Source: an uncultured Saprospiraceae bacterium (GTDB lineage Bacteria; Bacteroidota; Bacteroidia; Chitinophagales; Saprospiraceae). From it: a stretch of DNA of 64,000 bases. Made by a program: the position numbers and the translations under genes. Below, in pieces: positions 61,089-64,000 of the stretch. Where the stretch lies: assembly GCA_943788055.1 (NCBI GenBank), contig CALSOU010000010.1, positions 25,805 through 89,804 on the forward strand, written 5' to 3'. Positions within the stretch are counted from its first letter, which is position 1; each line of letters begins with the position of its first letter. Under the pieces are notes generated by a model. It had not been told where the DNA came from, did not search any database, and saw only the letters and a program-made list of their open reading frames with translations.

Positions 61089-61297
61089 TTTTTATATTTT
61101 TGATTGAAAATTAAAACGATTCAGCTAATAAACTGCTATTTCAATTATTAATTTTCATTAATTTCCGCTTTTCACTCTGATTTTCAAGATGAAAACACCT
61201 TTTGATTATTTTTTGAACAATACTATTGAGCATCTATTAAGGCACTACGCATGTTTCGATCTATTTCAGGATCGTTTAAGATTAAAACCAGTAGCAA

Positions 61298-62236
61298 TTG
61301 AATACACAAGATAAGATCAATGAAGTTCTAGAGAAACTAGTTGAACTAAAGAAGGTTGAAAAGCATTTTCAACAAACTATGAATCAACTCGATGACTCCT
61401 ATCAAGAGCTCGACAAACTGCATGATATTCTAGAAAAAGAATATAAAGATGTCAAAGAGTTAGAATCTCTGAGCATGAAATCTCTTTTCCATAGAGTTCT
61501 AGGTAGTAAGGAGGAGCAGATTGAAAAAGAAAGGCAAGAGTATCTTCAAGCAACTCTCAAGTACAATGAATTTAGAAAATCTGTTGAATTACTTGAGTTT
61601 GAGAGAGACCTCCTGAAGAAAAAAATTACGGATGTAACAATCTACGAAAGTAAACTTGAGCAGCTAAAACTTAAGCGTGAAAAAGAACTCGTCATGAGTG
61701 ATACAACATTGGGCAAAAAGCTCATGCGAGTTGTGCACATGATGGACCAGATTACCAGTGAACGAAAGGAACTTACCGAAGCACGACAAGCAGGAAGTGA
61801 TGCGCTTCATCATATTAAAGTCTTAATAACACATCTTAAAAAGGCAAAAGATTGGGGTTCTTGGGACATGATGGGAAATAACAGCAGACATGCTGCCTAC
61901 TACAAACGAGGAGCAATTGACAATGCTAGAGAAGCTTCGCATCATGCCAAACATCATCTAAATAGGTTTCAGAAAGAACTTTATGATATGGGCGAAAGAC
62001 AATATAATTTTGATATCAATATCGGTAGCTTCAACAGTTTTTCAGACATATTCTTTGACAACTTGATTAGCGATTGGATCATTCAGCAAAAAATAAAGAA
62101 TGCCATGCACAATGTAGATGGTGTATACGATAAGATTCAGCGTCTATTGCAATCAATAGATCACAAAATTCTGTCCCTAGAAGGTGAACAAAAATCGCTG
62201 CAAGCAACAAAAGACCAGATTATCTTAGAAGGATAA
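61298..62236 (+). CDS. Hypothetical coiled-coil protein with His-rich C-terminal half
   Basis: Heptad-rich N-terminal half. C-terminal WGSWDMMGNNSRHAAYYKRGAIDNAREASHHAKHHLNRFQKEL. Start is uncertain (TTG at 61298 in the track; first ATG at 61379). Confidence 0.4.
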   Translation: MNTQDKINEVLEKLVELKKVEKHFQQTMNQLDDSYQELDKLHDILEKEYKDVKELESLSMKSLFHRVLGSKEEQIEKERQEYLQATLKYNEFRKSVELLEFERDLLKKKITDVTIYESKLEQLKLKREKELVMSDTTLGKKLMRVVHMMDQITSERKELTEARQAGSDALHHIKVLITHLKKAKDWGSWDMMGNNSRHAAYYKRGAIDNAREASHHAKHHLNRFQKELYDMGERQYNFDINIGSFNSFSDIFFDNLISDWIIQQKIKNAMHNVDGVYDKIQRLLQSIDHKILSLEGEQKSLQATKDQIILEG

Positions 62237-62332
62237 TTAAATCTAAAGCCATACGTGCATAACTTTGACGATTGTTAGTCGTTGAATAGCTTATTTTTAC
62301 ACACCTTTACTCTTGACACTAAAAGTACACGC

Positions 62333-63772
62333 ATGCAAAAAATACTTGTTGCCAACCGAGGAGAAATAGCCTGTAGAATTATTCGTTCCATTCATGATAT
62401 GGGCTTTCAAAGCGTAGCTATTTATTCAGAGGCAGACCGCAATGCAAAACATGTGCGAATGGCGCATGAATCATACCTGATTGGGCCGGCACCATCTAAG
62501 GATTCTTACTTACGAATGGATAAAATCATCGATTTATCTAAGAAAATAGGCGTTACGATGATTCATCCTGGTTATGGCTTCCTCAGCGAAAATGCTGAAT
62601 TTGCAGTTGCATTGAAGGATGCAGGAATTACCTTCATAGGACCTGGTGTCCATGCAATAAAGACAATGGGTTCTAAATTAGCTGCAAAAGCAGCTGTTAG
62701 CGCCTATGACATACCAATGGTACCCGGAACCGAAGAGGCAGTAGAAAATGTCGAAGATGCTGTTGAAATTGCAAATAAAATTGGATTTCCAATCCTAATT
62801 AAAGCTTCAGCCGGTGGTGGAGGTAAAGGAATGCGATTAGTTGAAGATCAGTCAGATGTGAAAGATCAAATGCAGATGGCCATTAGTGAGGCTGTCAATG
62901 CATTTGGTGATGGGTCGGTATTCATCGAAAAGTTTGTCACAAACCCACGACATATAGAAATACAAGTTCTTGCTGATAACCATGGCAATGTCATTCACTT
63001 AAATGAGCGAGAATGTAGCATACAGCGTAGACATCAAAAAGTAGTTGAAGAGGCACCTAGCGCGATACTTACCGAAGACCTGCGTCAAAGAATGGGACAA
63101 GCAGCAATTGGCGTTGCCAAGGCATGCGATTATAGCGGCGCAGGAACGGTCGAATTCTTGGTTGACGATAAACACAATTTCTACTTCCTTGAAATGAATA
63201 CTCGTCTACAAGTCGAACATCCAGTAACTGAATTGATCACTGGAATTGATCTTGTAGAACAGCAAATCAAAGTAGCACTTAATGAAACCCTAAAAATAAA
63301 TCAAAGAGATATTGGTATACAGGGTCATGCCTTGGAATTGAGAGTTTATGCAGAAGACCCAATGAATGATTTCCTTCCAGATGTAGGTACAATCACTAAA
63401 TATGTGCCTCCTACCCAAGACTTCGTTCGCTTAGACGACTCTTTCATTGAAGGTGATACCATTCCAATCTATTATGACCCGATGATAGCAAAATTGATTG
63501 TTTATGGCAAAGATAGAGCAGATGCCATGGATAAAATGAAGAAAGCAATAACTGCATACCAGATAGAAGGAGTAAAAACGACTCTAGATTTCGGTCATTT
63601 TGTAATGGATCACCCAGCTTTTAGAAATGGTGATTTTGATACGAACTTTGTTAAATACTACTTTTCAGCAGAAAAGATGAAAAACCACGAAGAGGATAAT
63701 TTTAAAGCAGCAGCTGCCTTACTTGCGCATCTAAAGCACGACAAAAGTAAATCCATCGTAATTGCAGAATGA
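62333..63772 (+). CDS. accC: Biotin carboxylase (acetyl/acyl-CoA carboxylase subunit)
   Basis: MQKILVANRGEIACRIIRS, GYGFLSEN, KASAGGGGKGMR and EMNTRLQVEHPVTE motifs. Start placed at the ATG at 62333. Confidence 0.9.
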   Translation: MQKILVANRGEIACRIIRSIHDMGFQSVAIYSEADRNAKHVRMAHESYLIGPAPSKDSYLRMDKIIDLSKKIGVTMIHPGYGFLSENAEFAVALKDAGITFIGPGVHAIKTMGSKLAAKAAVSAYDIPMVPGTEEAVENVEDAVEIANKIGFPILIKASAGGGGKGMRLVEDQSDVKDQMQMAISEAVNAFGDGSVFIEKFVTNPRHIEIQVLADNHGNVIHLNERECSIQRRHQKVVEEAPSAILTEDLRQRMGQAAIGVAKACDYSGAGTVEFLVDDKHNFYFLEMNTRLQVEHPVTELITGIDLVEQQIKVALNETLKINQRDIGIQGHALELRVYAEDPMNDFLPDVGTITKYVPPTQDFVRLDDSFIEGDTIPIYYDPMIAKLIVYGKDRADAMDKMKKAITAYQIEGVKTTLDFGHFVMDHPAFRNGDFDTNFVKYYFSAEKMKNHEEDNFKAAAALLAHLKHDKSKSIVIAE

Positions 63773-63806
63773 TCATAATATCAAAATAATATCCAAAAAG
63801 AAGTAG

Positions 63807-64000
63807 ATGAAATTAGCATTACATTGGAAGATACTTATAGGAATGGCACTGGGAGCCTTGCTTGGTTACATCATGACCTCTCAAGGATTGGCGCAATTTG
63901 TCAAGGACTGGATCGCTCCATTCGGCACAATTTTTATCCGATTATTGAAAATGATTGCGATACCACTCATCATCGCTTCACTAGTCAAAGGAATAAGCGA
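63807..64000 (+). CDS. Dicarboxylate/amino acid:cation symporter (DAACS family), 5' part only
   Basis: My translation from the ATG at 63807 gives MKLALHWKILIGMALGALLGYIM...FIRLLKMIAIPLIIASLVKGIS, the typical GltP/DctA-family N-terminus. Runs off the window. Confidence 0.65.
   Translation, partial: MKLALHWKILIGMALGALLGYIMTSQGLAQFVKDWIAPFGTIFIRLLKMIAIPLIIASLVKGIS

Overview
This is an AT-rich chromosomal segment from a Bacteroidota genome, probably Flavobacteriia-like. Supporting signals are the rpmB-rpmG-DUF4295-ftsY and parA-parB-DUF5683 gene orders, TAnnTTTG -7 promoter boxes, a PorP/SprF gene and several T9SS C-terminal sorting domains. I cannot name a genus.

Most of the window is ordinary housekeeping:
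- Metabolism: ribBA, lipB, ndk, pyrC, purK/purE, accC.
- Translation and protein export: tRNA-Arg(ACG), rpmB/rpmG, lepB, ftsY.
- Chromosome maintenance and chaperone: parAB, rmuC, dgt, an HscA-like Hsp70.
- Transport: an ABC-F ATPase and a LolD-like ABC ATPase.
- Envelope, secreted and T9SS-cargo genes are interleaved with these.

I saw no CRISPR array, rRNA, prophage, integrase or recognisable defence island.

The most notable features:
1. The density of disrupted genes is unusually high. Four long genes are each split by 1-nt frameshifts: a TonB-dependent receptor, an LTD/cupredoxin T9SS protein (two shifts), pyrC and an HhH outer-membrane protein. A winged-helix regulator has TGA at its conserved Trp codon. 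There are also four heavily decayed relics: a VOC-family gene, a secreted protein, a T9SS CTD stub and an IS3 orfA. This indicates either real gene decay or an error-prone assembly.
2. A translationally coupled vWA / ChlI-like AAA+ / LOG / flavin-reductase operon, whose ATPase has non-canonical Walker motifs.
3. A possible copper-related envelope cluster: a TonB receptor, a surface LTD-cupredoxin mosaic protein and a Met-rich secreted protein.

I did not find a convincing, clearly novel multi-gene system. The candidates above are hypotheses, not demonstrations.
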